The notes under the pieces are model-generated. The model was not told where the DNA came from and did no database searches. It worked only from the letters and a program-made list of their open reading frames with translations. The translations under genes were made by a program, and so were the position numbers. Positions 23,001 to 38,000 of a stretch of 64,000 nt of DNA are shown one piece after another. The DNA is taken from NCBI GenBank assembly GCA_965235115.1, contig OZ249436.1, positions 18,354,001 through 18,418,000 of the forward strand, given 5' to 3'. The stretch comes from Laetmonice hystrix. Its lineage: Eukaryota. The first letter of the stretch is position 1; every line of letters starts with the position of its first letter.

Positions 23001-26000
23001 GGTTTCTCCTCATGCTGGTGACATATTCTGTCCTTTTCCACATCTGAATATGTAATCAGACAACAGGCTCTTGAATTTCTTGCTACCAGACCCGCAGAAA
23101 CCCTGTGATACTGCACCACAATATTATTCATATGTATCAATACTGATGAATAAAGAATTCTTCAAAATTATTTTATATATTTAAGCCACCAAAATGCCGC
23201 AGATATGTATGACCTTCCGAGAACATCTTCAGGCACTACGACAAGACGTGGTGTGCGATGACGCGCGCCAAACTGTCCTGTCTGTTCCTAGCTTAAAGGG
23301 ATGGAAAACACACACGGCAAATAAGGTTTCGTAGACCAAATGAAACACCAGCATTTACCTCAGGGCAATAAATGCCACATTTACGTTGTCTGAATGAAGT
23401 AATTAACGTGTAACTGCCGGATTGGTGACGCTGCTGGTTCTAACCTTGCTCTGCTTGTGTGTTCATTACCTCGGACGTTTACAAATGTTGGGCCTCCAAA
23501 CATTGTGTAGACAAGGTCTGTGAGCAGAGTAACATGCGGACAACGTAATTGTGGCATTTATTGACCAGAGGTAAATAATGGTGTTTCATTTGGTCTACGA
23601 AACCTTATTTGCCGTGTGTGTTTACCCTCCCTTTAATGGAGATAATTCAGTGATGATTGCTGTCATTGGTTGGAAAGCAGTTAAATGAAGTAAATATTTA
23701 TATTTGTAAAACCAGAGTTCTTGACAAAATGGGGATTTAGCAATTTATGAAAATATGTGAGATGATTAACACCTGACAGATGTTGCGTTGACACAACAGA
23801 GAACTTCACCCCGGTCCAGGTCCCTGAGTCAGCCAAGGAAACTTGCCGTAATTGGTTCTTCAAGATAGCTTCCATCAGAGAGCTTATCCCCCGTTTTTAT
23901 GTCGAGGCTGCCATTCTGAAATGCTACAGCTTCCTTACGACTGGGTAGGTAGAGTGTCATGAATACAAGCAGGTGATAGTATTCCTGTTAACTTTTAAGT
24001 GTCAGACTATGACACCATTTGGTTGATGAACCATGTTGCAGGGGTCCAAATAAGTTGCCGTGGACAACCTTTCCTTAATAAGAGTGGGCAAAAGCTTCAC
24101 TAATTATAGGCCTACACGGCTATAGCCTGCTCATTTTTAATTAATTTTAACACTGACGTTGTGTGTCTCAGGGAACCCGAGCTATTATGTAGGCCTATAC
24201 CTCTAAAGCTCTCATTCAAGAGCATGAGCTTTAATTAGTAATGCAAACAATCATGAATTGCTTTTCTGTGCCCCCCTTTAGTAAAATCCTGGATCCGCCA
24301 GTGGTGGGGTATGAAGTGACCTGAAAATGGCTCATGTAGGATTTTTGTGCTAAAATTGATTTTTGTTGTTGCTGCTTTATCGGGTGGATTTGGGGTCAAA
24401 TTATCGAAAAATGATAGGGTTCAAATTTTCCGATCTCCCAACCCCGTTTGAGGGCGGATATCCGTCCTGGGACCTCCCAAACTGACGCCAATTATGAACC
24501 TATTTTTACCATCTTTGGGTCATTTTAGGGGCTTTCGATGATGCTGAGTCCATTTATGACACGTTCAAAGCATTTAAGCACATATTCATTTTGTGGTGAA
24601 AAAGGTGACAAAAGCTGAAGAACACCACACCACACTTGCAGTTGTCGCATGTTGATCTTGACCTTATGAGTGACTGTTTCTAGGGAGTACAGCCAGGCAC
24701 TGCGCAGACTGGCCGTGATGATTCGGGGTATCGGTGACCCACTTGTCAGCATATATGCTCGCTGCTACCTCTGCCGTGTGAGTTTATATTTCGCTAAATG
24801 CATGAAGTCTTTCAGTAATGTCACACCAATTTAAAAATTGCAATTTACAGACTGCAGGTATTGTGTTCCAGATATGAGAAAAGAAAAAAGGTTTCATTAT
24901 GGATTGATACATTTTTCAAAGTCATTCAAATTACAATTTGAGTCTTCAGTAACGTCTACTGGTAAAAAAGTTTCTAGCAAACAAACGTAAATTATGCATC
25001 TATATCACGTCGGAAAACCTTGCAGAAATCACTTTGTGACCATAAAAGCTTTCCAAGTTCATGTACTTTGACTGCTGTGTTTGTATCCTCATGAGCAGGT
25101 GGGAATTGCTGTAGCACCGAAGATGCGTGACCACCTGATGCCCTGTTTTGATGACTTTATTTCAACCTACAGTCAGGTAGCTACCTACACCATGATAAAC
25201 ACTATTTGTCAAGCTTAGCTGTCCTATTCTATGGGATGACTGTTCATTTTTTGAGAAAACACTTAATTATTTATAAATAACTTGTACCATAGAACTGTAC
25301 TGGGAAAGTCTGGATTATATTTCGAAAAGATATTTATTTGCAGAATAGATACGTTGGTAGTGGTTATCTGTATAGGCCTAGACCTTGGCCTAGGAGCTGG
25401 CCTAGGGCTAGGCCTAGAATCTTGGCAGCCCGTGATTGGCCTGAACCAGGCCAATTTACAAACCATGGTAAATTCATGTATCTTCATTTTACTACTTTTT
25501 TTTGACAATAATTGAATTTTGATACTTTGTTCTTGAAAGATTCTATACATTTTTGTTTGTCAAACCCAGAGTGACGGCACTGAAGTCAGCCCCTGGGGTT
25601 CATATACACACAAAAGAGTATGAATAACAGTAAAAAAAAGAAAAAAGTATCAGCAGAGCTGCCTACCTCTACACATTTTGCGTATTTTGTATGCAAAATA
25701 ACGAAATTTGATAGTTGTACAATGTATACTCATAATTGTATGCATTTATGCACTTCTACCATTCTTCCATTAATTCTTCATACATACAGTATGCTCTATG
25801 GCTGGGTGACCGATCCCAGCGCCACACAGTGGTTAACACGCATACTTCAGCGCCACAGTGTGGTCTCCATCTAGTATATGAAAGTTGAAAATGTATATTT
25901 GTGTTTATTTTTAAAAGTTTCTCTTTATTTTTATTTATTTATCATTGATGTATTTCTTTAATAATTACATAAACTGTATTAACAATTTATATTAACTGCA

Positions 26001-29000
26001 TACAGTAGGGAAAATTTAGCATACGCGAGAATAAGCCAATTCGGTATCTCGGCTGGCGCGTTGCATTGTGGGATTGGGATTTGGTTTTAGAACCCAAACA
26101 AACGCACGTGGTCACCGTTGGCATGCCTGAATAAAGTAAGATGGTGGAGGTGAATTCTGGACTGGCTAGCGAATTGATCCCGGCCCGCTCACCAGCCGAC
26201 AGAACCACACTAGTCTAGGTCTTGTTGAGTCGCTAAGCTTCACTTGACTGTCTAATTGCATTTATTATTTTGTAGTGTAGTTTTTAAATAAAACATGATA
26301 TACTGGAAGTTGCTGTTATGAGTTCAGTTCATTGTTTCCTTTCTTCGACAACTTGGAAAAATATATTTTGTAACTTCTCAATGATAATCGCAATTGCACA
26401 AGAACTTGTTTCTGTCTGGATTATATATCCTAAGTTACTTCTTCAAAATGCCAAGGCTTGGCCAGTTGCCTATTTTGTTTCATTTGGTTTCAGTTTTTAC
26501 GTGACATAATAAGCTATGCCAAGCAATCGGCAACAGTACACAAGCTGAAGTTGAAGTTGTGAATATAGTTCCTAGAGTCACTGATTGAGTCTCCCCCTCA
26601 CTGTGTTGTAAAGGCCCAATTAAATCTACTTTTAAAATATTAAAGAGTTTGCCAGAGCGCCTAATTTATTGCTAAGGGCTTGCAACATTTTGCTCCACAG
26701 CCCATGCTTTCTTTGGAAGCAAAATAATTACCCAAGCAAGTGTAGTCGTGGGTTGAATACAGGCTCCCTAGCTGCATCTACATTAAGCTGCATCTACATT
26801 AGGATGTCACCACTGGGCGTTAATAATTGGGGCCGGATTTAATTTTGCTCTCTATGGTTGTTAAGGAAGATTTGAAGTATAGAAATTGTCTGGTCATTTG
26901 TATGCAGATTCAGGGGGACAGCGTGCAGAACATTCTGGCTGTACAGAAGCTGGAACTACCATGCTATCTGACACTCTACTCCCCGGCGCTCGATTGGGTG
27001 CTGCAGTGTCTGGCTCATAAAGCACCAGAGAAGACACTCGTCCAGGTGTTGGAGAAGTCTAAAAAACACTGCAATAAGTAAGCTTTACTTTTAATACCAA
27101 TTACTGGTTGTACTGGTCATTCTAAGAAGCGAACATGGACATCGTTTAGTAATATTGTTAGCACCCCCAACAAAAGAAAAGGGGGGAAAAGGACGATATA
27201 TCTACAGAAGAACATTACCCAGTAATTTTGTACACTGTAAAACTGTAAGATTTAAAAATAATAGTTGTTCATAAGTTAGCCAACGTCGCCAATGCCAATA
27301 TCTGTTTCAGTGCACTACTTCTCAATTCCATAATGGCTGCCTTCAAACCAGAATACATCACGGCCAGAGCACTGGAATTTACCGATATGATCAAAGAGTG
27401 TGAGGAGACTGGTTTCCCCAAGGTGAGGATACCAGCAAGCTCTGGGGCCAGTCTCACTAAAGGCTGGTTAATAACCAGATCGTTAAGTTAACATAGGAGT
27501 GAATGGAAGGCTGTTGGTTACTGTACCCAGCAGCCTTCCCTTCACTCCTATGTTAACTTAACGATCTGGTTATTAACCAGCCTTTAGTGAGACGGGGCCC
27601 CAGGTCTGGAATATTACTTAGTACAACGCTCTTTTACGGTAAACCACGAGAACTGCCAAACGGTATCACGTGATCATCAGTATGGCAGCGGCTCTCGCGC
27701 GGTTCAGACGGATGACACATGGGTGCAGAAAAAGTGAGTATTTTTGGTACATTTCATGGCAATGTTGGAAGTCGACATTAGCAATAAGTGTGCATAATGA
27801 AAGTTGAACGTAGTGAACAAGGATGGAATAGGTACAAGGGGTTGAAAATTAATTGATACATGCAGGGTTTCCGCCAGAAAAAAAAATTAGGGTACAGACC
27901 AGAGGAGGGGTTCGGGTTAGGGTTAGGCTAACTGCTGTTACAAATATGTGAATTAATCAAATAAAAACTGCATATACTGTTCAACATTATATTTGATTCC
28001 TTCAAGTTGCTCAAGGCATCATCAGGAGGTTTTTATCACTTTATGGAAAAATGGTTACCCAATGATTTTTAGGGTACGGATCCGTACCCTGAAAAAATTT
28101 TAGGGTATCGAATTGTACCCTCTGGCGGAAACCGTGACATGGAGACAATCTACCATAATAATTTATGGCAACCAATGTAGAGAGGCTAGGATATTTTTTT
28201 TTTAATTCGACTAGTATTAAGCACTTGTGATGGTAGAAAAATGAAAAAAATAGCTGCAGTGTCCGCAAAGTGTGATGAATCCGCCAGTTTGGCCCCTTTT
28301 GGCTGCTGCAAATCATTTGAACTGGTTCCATGATCACTTGGCTCTCGCTCTGATTACGGATTACTCGAGATTTAAACACACTGCTCTCCCCCGCTTGCGA
28401 CGTAGGCCTAGGCCTATTTGCAACACGAAAACAAGATCTGAGATATTGTCTTGATTTTCATGGACCAATTATGCCAGTAAATATAATGATGAATGTTATG
28501 TGATGATGCGATTGTGAGCTAGTGCTAGAGACAACATGACGATGTCTATTGGTAAGAAGTTCCAAGATGGAAGCCCACACTTTATTCTCAAGTCACATGA
28601 CCGGAAATTATGACCTCAAAGGTCATAGGTAGTATCGCAACAATGAAATATCTACAAAAATAATAGTGAGACTATATAATCCACGGTTTGGGTGCCAGAC
28701 TAGATAAGAGTTGCGAGTGAATAAAGCCACCCCACAGGTCGTGATAGGCTTCTGCTCTGTGGCTGGTCGTGCCTGGACAGGGGTTCGTATTACCCTCAAG
28801 AGAAAAATAACTACTGGACCGATTCTCTTAGAAATTGTCACACTTACTAAATACATGTGTTTCTTTAGTCTGCTGAGGTTTGGAGCAGCTACATTTAATA
28901 GTTTTTTAGTTATGAGGTTATGTTTGCGAGCGTTTTTATAAATGAACAAGATACACAGATCTGAACTAATTATGCCATCCGTGACCAAAGCCATGACAAT

Positions 29001-32000
29001 GGCCCATTTGATTGCTTTTCATTGCTTTCATCACGTTTTGTTTGAATTGAAAAGACTGTGACTTACTTGGCGCAAGTGGTGTGTTAAGGGTTTTTGAAAA
29101 ATGGCAAGTATTTCTTTATCTCATCTGAGCGAATCAACCACCAAATTGAAGCACAAGAGTTACTCTTACTGTACCAATTACTACATTGTCCTGATTTTGC
29201 CAGATCTCTGATTCATCACCCTATTTTTGAGTGTATAGTTTATTTGACTCACTGTACTGCCTTGATGTATTGGTCTTGATATTTACTTGATTAAACATTG
29301 CTGTTTATTGGAGAAGAACTGACTGGGAACTTAGTGTTTTCTGTTTCCAAATAGAGTGAAAAAATATATAGTGTAAAAAACTTAGCTCTGAAGTTCTCGC
29401 CGGTTACCATAAAGACTCAGAATGTTGTACTAAGTAATATGTACACATTTTAAGAGACTTAGCTGTGTATAGTTGAATTTAAATTGGGATATTCCGAGGA
29501 AAACACGGAAGATGCCTTTTCCTCCCATCCCACATAGAAAATTAGAGTTTTGTCCTCGTAATATCCCGATTTTAATTCAGTTATACCCAGGTAAGTCTCT
29601 TAAATTTGTACGTAAATCAAAACCAATGTATGGACAGTTGGAGTTCACAACTGGGAGAATAAATATCCCTGAATTTGACTTAATTTAGTTCTACTTAGAT
29701 CATATTTGTCGTGTCAAGAGCATAATCCCCTACATAACTGATATATGAATAAGTGGCACGTATTTCTGTCTTGCTTTCACACACTCAGACTGACAAAAGT
29801 TGTTATTAGTGTTGACTGAAATTTTATGGTATCGGCAAGTAAATGCAGATAATGCACTTGTTCGCTTACAGCATTTGCTCTTCCGAAGTCTGGGAGTGTG
29901 TGTGTCGGTGGCCCAGCCTCCGGAGCAGCAGCGCCTCAACATCCTGAACGATGTTTGGAAAGTTGTCATGAAGCTAAGAACACAAGGGGTTAGCTACACT
30001 TTGATGTATTCATGATAAAGCTCACTGGCGGATCCAAGATTTCACTAAAGGGAGGGGGGGGCACAGTAAAGCAATTCATGATTGTTTACATTACTAATTA
30101 AAGCTCATGCTCTTGAATGAGAGTTTTAGAGGTATATAGGCCTACATAATGGCTCGGGGTTTCCCTGGGAGACACCTTCAGTGTTAAAATTAATTAAGAA
30201 TTAGTAGGCTATAGCCCTATAGGCCTATAATTAGTGAAGCTAAAGGGGGGGCATGTGCCCCCTGTGCCCCCCTCTGGATCCGCCTTTGAAGCTGGACTAT
30301 TTAAATGAAAATGGGGTTGGACCTCATTATTCTGCTTCTGCTCCAGAATAGCCTTGCAAGCATGGATCATGAAACCTAAACCTAGAAAACCAACCAGTTC
30401 AGATGTACACACCAAGTTAATTTATAAGTAGTAAACGGTTAAACATTCTGTTCTTAATACATGTAATTCAAGCTCTTTGTGATGTGTGTTGCTTAGTTAT
30501 ATCCTTCTGCTGTTAGAAATGATGATTGAAACTGCATTTTGCAGGAGTACATCACTTGTGCAGAAGTTTGGATTGAGTATATTGTAAAAAACTTTACGGT
30601 AAGTATGTTCTTTAAAAAGTTTCTACTTCTCAGTGGATTATTCTAGGCTTTTTATGGACGCTCTGCCAGTGATAGAATTAACACTTGCTAAGTACAGACG
30701 GTATTTTGTGAATATGAAGGTGCATAACAGTGGAAGGTTGTGTCATGCTGTTAGTATAACAGCTGTTATAAAAATGCTTCCATTCTCCATACTGTTGTTT
30801 TGACATTATATTATCAACAAGTGTGAACTGTGACAGATTGAGAAGAGTAATCTGTCAAATGTTGCAGTTTCTATCAGAAAGCCCTGTCTCTGTCTTAGAA
30901 ACGAGAGGTAAACACAATTCTCGGGGATATCATCAAACACATGACTCCAGACCGTGCATTTGAGGACTGCTATCCACAACTACAAGTGATCGTCAGCAAA
31001 ACCCTCGACAACATCCATGATTTCTCTCTACTGTTCTCAATGGTACAAATCAAAGATTGGTGGAGTTCCATATAAATCTGAAAACCAAAATCAGTATACA
31101 TGTACCGTAATTTTCTGAGCTTCTAATTGTCTAAGCTGCAGCCATGTATAGGCCACAGGCCATTTTTGGCCATAGGTTGAAAAGTCCCTGTCCAGAAGCC
31201 AGTGTCACCATCACCTCCCAGATAAGTTCAAAATCAATATACCGATAGTTGCGATACTGTGGAACTTGGTAAAGTTATTAAAAGTGACTCTTAGAGAAAT
31301 AGTGAAAAACATGGACTGCATCAAAAATAAATATCAAGTACCTTAATGCCCTGCATGCCCCTTAGTGCCCATAATATTACATTAAGTTCAATCCGTTACA
31401 TTTACAGAGAGCAAACGTAAGGAATTGTTGGTATGGTTTGAGAGTTGATGAATGGAAATGTTTGATTTCAGGACAAATTCTTGCCCTTCATTGACATGTT
31501 CCAAAAGGACGCAGTCAAGGTTGAAGTGTGTAAAAATATCATGGAGGCCTATGTGAGGTGAGATACTGTCTTATTGCAAGCTTCCTTGCTGCCACATCCA
31601 GCCACTAGAGATTTCCATTCATATCTCAGAATTTTAGATGATCTTGGATTGTCATCAGTTACAAGGTGCTATGGGACGAAATAACTACATTGGTTTTAAC
31701 TAGAAAAGAGTTTCTAAAATGATATTTCCCAAAATTGATTCTAATCTTCAAAAAGCAATTGACTACAAGTACAAGAGATTCGGGAAAGGAAAGAGAAGGG
31801 TTGCATGTCAATTTTGGCATGTGTTTGCTATGTGTTTCAGGTATCAGACAGAGCCAACCAGTGATCCAGTGATCACCCATGCTCTCATGTACATCTGTAA
31901 AACGATGCACGACTCTGTCAAGTAGGTCTAAGTTTTGTGTAGCAAGAAAGCCCCACTAATTACAGAAAAATGGTCTCCAACTTGCCTCTGTAAATCTTCC

Positions 32001-35000
32001 ATTTAATTCTTTGGATGGGGATTTGACCTATTACTCAGCAGAACTCAAATGGAATGGTATGTTAACAGGTGTAATTAGTGTAAAGGCCAATTTACGCACC
32101 AGGGCCATTAAAGTAGAATCCCGTTTCATTTAATATTCACGAGGGGGGGATGAGAAGTGTGGAGTGTGGGAGTGCGGAGGAGAAGACGCGTTACAGTAGT
32201 TTTACCTCGCTAGGCTTGCTAACTCATTAACTTCCTGTTAGTATCCAGCCAAGTCATTCAGTGGATGAGTGACATAGTCAGTGAGCTGTATTTTCGAGGA
32301 TTAAATACATCAGCCTGGAGCGAGCGTACGACGTCACAATGTCTTTATTAGGGCCTTCATCAAGCTATGAAGGCAACACAGTCAGGCCTCGGTAATCCAA
32401 ACACTTTGGTGCCGTGAAAATTGCGCACAAAGTCAGCACACGATGTCTTTCCGATCGTCAGCTGGAGGTCTGTCTGGACATACTGTCTTAGGTCTTCAAG
32501 AGATGACTTTAGATGGGCCTGTTGCCATACACACAGCTTCTTCTTCCGGATGACTGTGACTTCTGTGCTCTTCTGCTTCTGTGACATGATGATGTTTAAT
32601 CTCTGCTATGTTCTCTGTATGCTTGTTCGGCTTGAAGTGAATACTGGTTCGGATGTTGAATGGTTGTTTATAGATTCTGTCCCTTGAGCAGCCTCATGGA
32701 GAGCTGCCTATATTGTCTTAGCGCGAAGTGGTTCGTCAGGGAGCGATTAACATTCACACCTCGACCGAGGCGCCATGACCGCCTGCTGTACGGTTCAGTG
32801 ATGCATAAATTCATAGACACAAACTTATATTAAGCGTTCGTATTTGGAAACTGGGGTGTCCGGATTAGTGGGTACAAATTGAACTAAAAAAATTCTGTTC
32901 CTAAGGTTTACCATTCGGATGTTGGGGGAAAACAGATTAGTGGAGCACGGATTACCGAGGTCTGACTTTATATCAGTAAAACTACCTGTTGGCGATAGTA
33001 GCCAGTCATCCCGAGGAAGGATTGCACCCCTTTTACGTCTGCCTGTTGGGCCATGTCCTTGATGGCACGGACCTTGGAGTGCTTGTAGTACCTGACGGAT
33101 GTGGTCCTCATGCTCCTGGGGGGGGTCCTGCTAAACACAATTATGTCGTCCAGGTAGACCATGACAAATTTCCCGAGGAACGGAGCCAGCACCCCGTTCA
33201 TCAGTCGCTGAAATACCCCTGGGGCATTGCATAGGCTGAACGGCATTCGGCATTCTCCGGCATTCTCCACACTGTCGCTGTCGCGGTCGACAGGTACCTG
33301 CCAATATCCGCTCTTTAGGTCCATGGTACTAAAGGTTGTCGCGCCGGACAGGGTGTCGAAGATGTCTTGAATGTTGGTTAGAGGGTAGGCATCCTTCACG
33401 GTGACGGAATTAAGTTGGCCGTAATTGACGCAAAATCGCATGGACCCATCCTTCTTTGGCTGTAGAGTGATGGGTGGGGCCCAGGCGGAGGAGCTAGGTT
33501 CGATGATCCCTTCCGCCAACATGGCGTCGATCTCTTGATCGACCAACCATCGCTTGGAAAAGGGCAGGCGGTACAGCCGTTGCCGTATAGGTGGGTGATC
33601 GCGGGTGTCGATCCTCAAGGATACTGCATCCGTGCAGCCAGTCGGCGTACCGTCGGCGGCAAACACCTGTGGAAATTCGTGTACCCATTTGTCCAGTTCC
33701 GTCTGTGCCGCTACCACGTGCTGGTCGAGCCCCAGGGGTGACCCGTAGCGGTGTCTCTTACCTGCCAGCATCACAACTTGGTCTTTGTAGCCGATTTCAG
33801 CCTTTAATGTGCGCAAAATGTCTGTGTCGAACAGGGCGTCATGTTGTAGCATACGAGCATACGATAGTATAAGGATCAACTCCGACCTGGGATGGGTTTC
33901 TGAATCTGGGTAAGATTGATAAGATACGAGGGTCCAGGAGCAACACATGATTTTTTTAATCTTACAAAGCATGTTAGAAGGGCCTTAAAGAAGAAGATTA
34001 AGAAAATAACTATGCAGATGAGGAGCAATGGGGCCTTTTTAATCTTATTCTTTAAGGCCCTTCTAACATGCTTTGAGAGATTAAAGAATTTTGGCGTTGC
34101 TCCTGAACCCTCGTATCTTATAAATCGAACCTTTACCAAATCCATTTTGGAGTGTGTGGTTATCTAATATGACACTCGAGCGACATGTTTTGGTTAAAAA
34201 CTTGCATATACGACAGCGATTCTATTAAGAAAAATTTAAAATCTTATTATGATACCATACGATAATCATCCTCTCTTACTTCTTAAGGCAGCTGTCTAAG
34301 GCTGTCTTAGGAAGTATGAATTTTCACGTTTTTCTATCATAAAATACGATATGAAATAATGTAGAGCAAAACTTGACTTTTATTATCGTAAATTTCTTTA
34401 AAGAATGTACTAACGTATCCTGGTGCTACGGGGCCCTGGTGGTCGGAGATGATCTTATCTTGTCTTATCCTATCGTAAGCTCCAGTGACTGGGGCATTAG
34501 GCAAGCCTTGCAGCCTGGATGTTCATTAATTGATCAATATTCTGCTTCTCCAGTGCATTAACCCTGGAGGATGAAATCCGTGTCATCGGTGGACTCATCA
34601 ATGGCTTCATCCGCAGTGTACAGTTTGGCCGGGACTTTGAACAACAGCTGAGTTTCTATGTGGAAGCAAGGTCTTCATTTAGCAACATTGACACTGTGCT
34701 CATGTTCCTTGTACAGGTAAACGCCACCAGACAAGCTGGAGTTAACAATCTGGGAATAAAGGCTTGTTAATTTCTCTCATATTTCATGGTTGACACTGGA
34801 ACATCTCCATGACAATTTATTTAAATCTAGAACAATTCTGGCATTGAAAAAAATATATGGGTTGGTGCTGCCATAAGAATTGAGTTCCCAGTTGAAAGAA
34901 TTAGTCACCATCCAAATTGGAGGAAACATTGTGGTAATGGTAAAAGACTGTCTTTTTCAGCCCATTATGTAATGTTGAAATGGGAAAGATCCTGGAGGGT

Positions 35001-38000
35001 GTTTCAATAAGCACGTGGGACCGTCTGACTGGCGACGGACTGTCCGTCGCTTGGTTGTAGGGCCTGTAATGTTTGGTCCGTCGCCGGTAGGACAGTCCAA
35101 TGCACTTATTGAAACACCCCCTGAAAAGATCCATCAAAAGTGGGAACCATGTACTCTGTAGGCCAGGAAAGTCGTGTACAGTAGAGTCCCGCATAAGGAC
35201 CATCCCGCTAGTAAGACCAACAATTAAGACCAACTCAGATGTGACCACCTAATTCCCAGTCCCAAGAGGCCTGTGTGTACTCAGCACTGAGACCACAGCA
35301 GGTTTGCCCACAGCTCTAGGTGTCAACTGTCAATCACTAGGGCCGTCACTATGGTGTAAACACACTTACAACTCCAGATACCTGTTCAAACATTCATACC
35401 CCCAACTGAGTTCGAGCTGAGATTTTGTCACCTTTCTATAAAGGGGCCAAATCCACAACAGTTAGCTCTGCTGCTCTTCAGAAGGTTCAGATCTAAAGAA
35501 CTGCCAGGCAGTGTGTAAAATTAACAATGCGTCCTTCGACATGATGAATTATTTTTGCGTCGGACGCATCCAAACCTTGGACTTTTGCGCCCGTGTGATG
35601 CGCTTCAGTTCGATTCCTAGTGCGTCCATGCCAGTCAGTCTACAGGCCAGCCCAGGGCAGCCACCGCTCAGTCTGTCACAACAAGCGTGGCTTGGACCTG
35701 GCTGGCCGTGCGCTCGACCATGTCACACCGCCGACCCTCTGCACCGATGTCCGCCAGGCCGCTACTCAGTCAGTCGGCGGCCGCGGTGGTGGTCGTGGTC
35801 GTCGGGTAGGGTGATGGTAGGGGTAATGGTGTGTATGCTGCAGAGGACCCTACCGGAGGGTCTGGCTCTTGGCGTCACTGGTGGTGGTAGTGGGGTGGGG
35901 TGATGGTAGGGGTACGGGTGTGTGTGCTGTAGCGGACCCTACCCGGTCTGGCTCTCGGCGTCACCAGCAACCGGCCTGCCCTTGCCCCCCCCCCCCCCCC
36001 CCCACCTCTCCACTCCTGGCCCAAGTGGTGCTTGACCGGCCCCTCTTCCCATCGGTTACCACGGATTTCGGCCACTGGGCCAATCCAGGGCCCATGCCGC
36101 CTGCCGATGACCGCACTCCCGACGACAGTCCTCTCCCCTCCCCGGCCCGTCAGTCCCACTACGCCCCTCCCGATGGCCGTCAGAATCCACAACCAGTGCA
36201 GCATCCAAATATGAATATTGCCTCTTATGATTTACCAGGTCATAATAATGTGGTCATACTCCCACCAATGCCCCCCCCCCCCCCCCCCCCCGAGACCCCC
36301 GATTCACATAACAGCTATTAAGACCGCACTGAGACAGCAAAACGCCCAGTCCCAAAGATGGTCTCCTAAGCAGAACTCTACTGTAGTATTTTTATATGTA
36401 ACAGTTGGTCAGATGCCACAGCAGGCTGCTAAAGTTATTACTGTTTGTTTGCAGAGTGTCAACAGGTTGGCCATGAATACCAGGCAGATCGTCAAGGGGA
36501 ACCACTCTAGGAAGACGGCAGCATTTGTCAGGGTCAGTTGGCACTATTTGCTTTTTTAATAAGAAAGGTGAAATTTAGTTCAAGCAGTAATTGTCGTACA
36601 TTATTGTTTGACATATTATAAACCAAATGTTAACTACGTCACACATGGGGCTTAGTCTTCATATGGCCTTGCTTGCCACTGATGGAGGCGTTGTTTGCAG
36701 GCCTGTGCAGCATATGCTTTCATCACCACGCCTTCCCTAACAGGCGTCTTCAGTCGTCTCAACCTGTACCTGAACTCTGGGCAGGTGGCTCTACTCAACC
36801 AGTGCATGTCGCAAGGTAACTAAGGCAGTAGGTTGTATTGTACAGGTAGTGTGGAAGGACTGGCATGCACGTGATACTGAATTGTTAAGCCTGGTCTACA
36901 CGATAGGTTTTTCCCACATGTCTCTGCAATACGTTTTTCCTATAGGTCACTTGACATCCCTGTACACACGGTAGGATTATCTCATAGGTTTTAGAACATG
37001 TTCTATTTCATAGGACAAATCTTAGGGCCCGGTTTTTAGTTCGCCACTCTGAATCTTAAGATTTAAGACTAGTCTTAAATCTTATCTAAGACCAATCTTA
37101 AAATCCGGTTCGAAGTTCTTCATTCTGCCCAGTCTTAACTAAGATTAAGATTAAGATTAAGACTGACCAACACAAAACGTGACTCATACATCCTGCAAAC
37201 GGAAACGCATCACTGATGTTATCTCTCATGTGCCATTGAATCGAAAATGCTGACTTTAGTGCCATCTATCAGCTCAAGATGGTACCAGTAAACGATATTA
37301 CGACGCTAGCTAGATGATGAAACAAGTGATTTAGCTTGTGTAGTAGGCCTAACTCCACCCCTTGAATAGGCGGGCAACTGCCCCTCATCTCAAACTCAGC
37401 CATGACATGATGATAAAATAATAACATTTTGCAAGATAATACATTTGAACTGGACTACTGTTACCATCATACACTTTGATGCAGGTATTTATAAATTGTA
37501 ATTAGGGGTCTAGCCCTAATGGGGATGAGATGAGGGGCAGTAGCCCGCCGATATATCACGTGATTCATATTGATCAGGCGCGTGTCCGGGGGGGGGTCCA
37601 GGGGGTCCAGACCCCCCTGCTCCCACAGAGCATAGATTTTTTCCAAGCATTCCCGCCGTTTTGAACCCATTGAGCGATGAATTCAACACTATCTGACTGC
37701 ATTATTTTTTCAAACTTTGGATGTCGTTTTCACTGCAAATTCTCTTTGACCAGATATTCTAGTTGAACACCACTCTTCTACATACATTCATGTTCATGCC
37801 TGTGCCTAAACAAGATGATATCATGTTTTGTTACCGATGCTACATGGGTTAAATGGTCAAAGGTAGACAGAGCTCTGAGGGCATTTATATTTGCCCCCAT
37901 ATGTAAAGTCTCTTCCGATTAGGTGCTTTCATGGGCCGGCTACGGGGGTAACTAGATGTTGACAGTTCTATATTTACCGATAGTTCAAAGTATTGTTTCA

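Noticed and set aside
35511..36321. Pro-rich GC-rich ORFs
   Set aside because: No recognisable domain, homopolymer C runs, intronic; likely TE debris.
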